A stretch of DNA of 62,936 nucleotides, filler included, from Octopus bimaculoides (taxonomy: Eukaryota): the NCBI RefSeq assembly GCF_001194135.2. It is 8 parts of 8 records of this genome, joined end to end, with 100 filler letters (N's around TTAATTAATTAA, not from the genome) between each part and the next. Parts side by side here need not be neighbours in the genome. Positions count along the whole stretch, not along the records: positions 61,241 to 62,936 come from NW_026426586.1; 7 more parts are not named here. One strand, 5' to 3'. Of the stretch, positions 62,451-62,936 are shown piece after piece (positions within the stretch are counted from its first letter, which is position 1; each line of letters opens with the position of its first letter). Both the position numbers and the translations under genes were made by a program. The notes under the pieces are model-generated. The model was not told the DNA's origin. It worked only from the letters and a program-made list of their open reading frames with translations, and searched no databases.

Positions 62451-62557
62451 CGCTACAGCTTCTTAAGTGGATCCGTTTGCGGATTCTTCAAATACCGTCG
62501 GTCGGTTCGTTTTGTTCGGCAAGCATGATGAATCAACTCTTGATACAACAATCGTAT

Positions 62558-62936
62558 TAATAATAATAATAATAATAATACTAATGAAGGCAAATAGACC
62601 AGATATAGTTGTCAAAGATCATGAAGAAAAAAAATGCTTTCTAATTGATGTATCAATACCAGCAGATGACAACGTTTCTCTAAAAGAAATGAAAAAACTT
62701 TCAAAATACAAAGACCAGGAAATAGAGATAACTCGAATGTGGAATCTAAAAACAGAAACAATTCCTATCATAGTAGGTGCCTTAGGTATAATGAAAAAAT
62801 GTTCAGACAAATACATAACAAAAATACCAGGACTTACAAATATATATAACATACAGAAAATTGCACTACTGGGTACTGCACACATTCTACGCAAAACACT
62901 TTCAATACAGTAAACATAAGAGCACCACAGCAAACC
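62558..62936 (+). mobile_element. R4/Dong-like non-LTR retrotransposon, 5'-truncated copy beginning in (TAA)n
   Basis: (TAA)7 at 62558-62578, then KANRPDIVVKDHEEKKCFLIDVSIPADDNVSLKEMKKLSKYKDQEIEITRMWNLKTETIPIIVGALG...LRKTLSIQ* (PD..D..K RLE motif), stop at 62913. Confidence 0.88.

Noticed and set aside
1-62936. Whole window as one giant LTR retrotransposon or endogenous virus
   Set aside because: The terminal repeats are LINE endonuclease 3' ends, not LTRs (no TG..CA, PBS or PPT seen). The interior has intron-containing host genes and no gag, integrase, capsid or DNA polymerase.

Overview
AT-rich, microsatellite-dense animal genomic DNA from a gapped draft assembly. The repeat families and simple-repeat content fit a cephalopod such as Octopus (inference, not a database match). 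No CRISPR, rRNA or true tRNA gene is supported. Host genes: two kinase-domain exons of a conventional protein kinase C (10171-10278, 11119-11259, +) and two coding exons of THUMPD1 (30293-30508, 32290-32766, +). A phase-consistent five-exon model (46757-52832, +) encodes an unidentified membrane-protein N-terminus that the ORF track misses. Most other sequence is transposon debris: Penelope-like elements (PLEs) of two lineages, R4/Dong-like, RTE and CR1-group LINEs, Tc1/mariner copies, hAT MITEs and several tRNA-derived SINE families. Most notable observations: (1) a 9-nt candidate PKC microexon (LPF) that resembles the start of the next exon (PPF). (2) The canonical PKC C-terminal exon is not visible, but a divergent V5-like reading frame sits at 11641-11817. 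(3) At least six hammerhead-ribozyme-like motifs occur, several with atypical cores and one inverted pair, and several lie 3' of PLE endonuclease remnants. (4) The window begins and ends in a 232-bp, 98% identical direct repeat formed by two Dong-like LINE copies, each abutting a (TAA)n tract. All exon and ribozyme calls were made by eye and need RNA-seq or in vitro tests. Seven TTAATTAATTAA spacers mark unsized contig joins, so long-range adjacency is uncertain.
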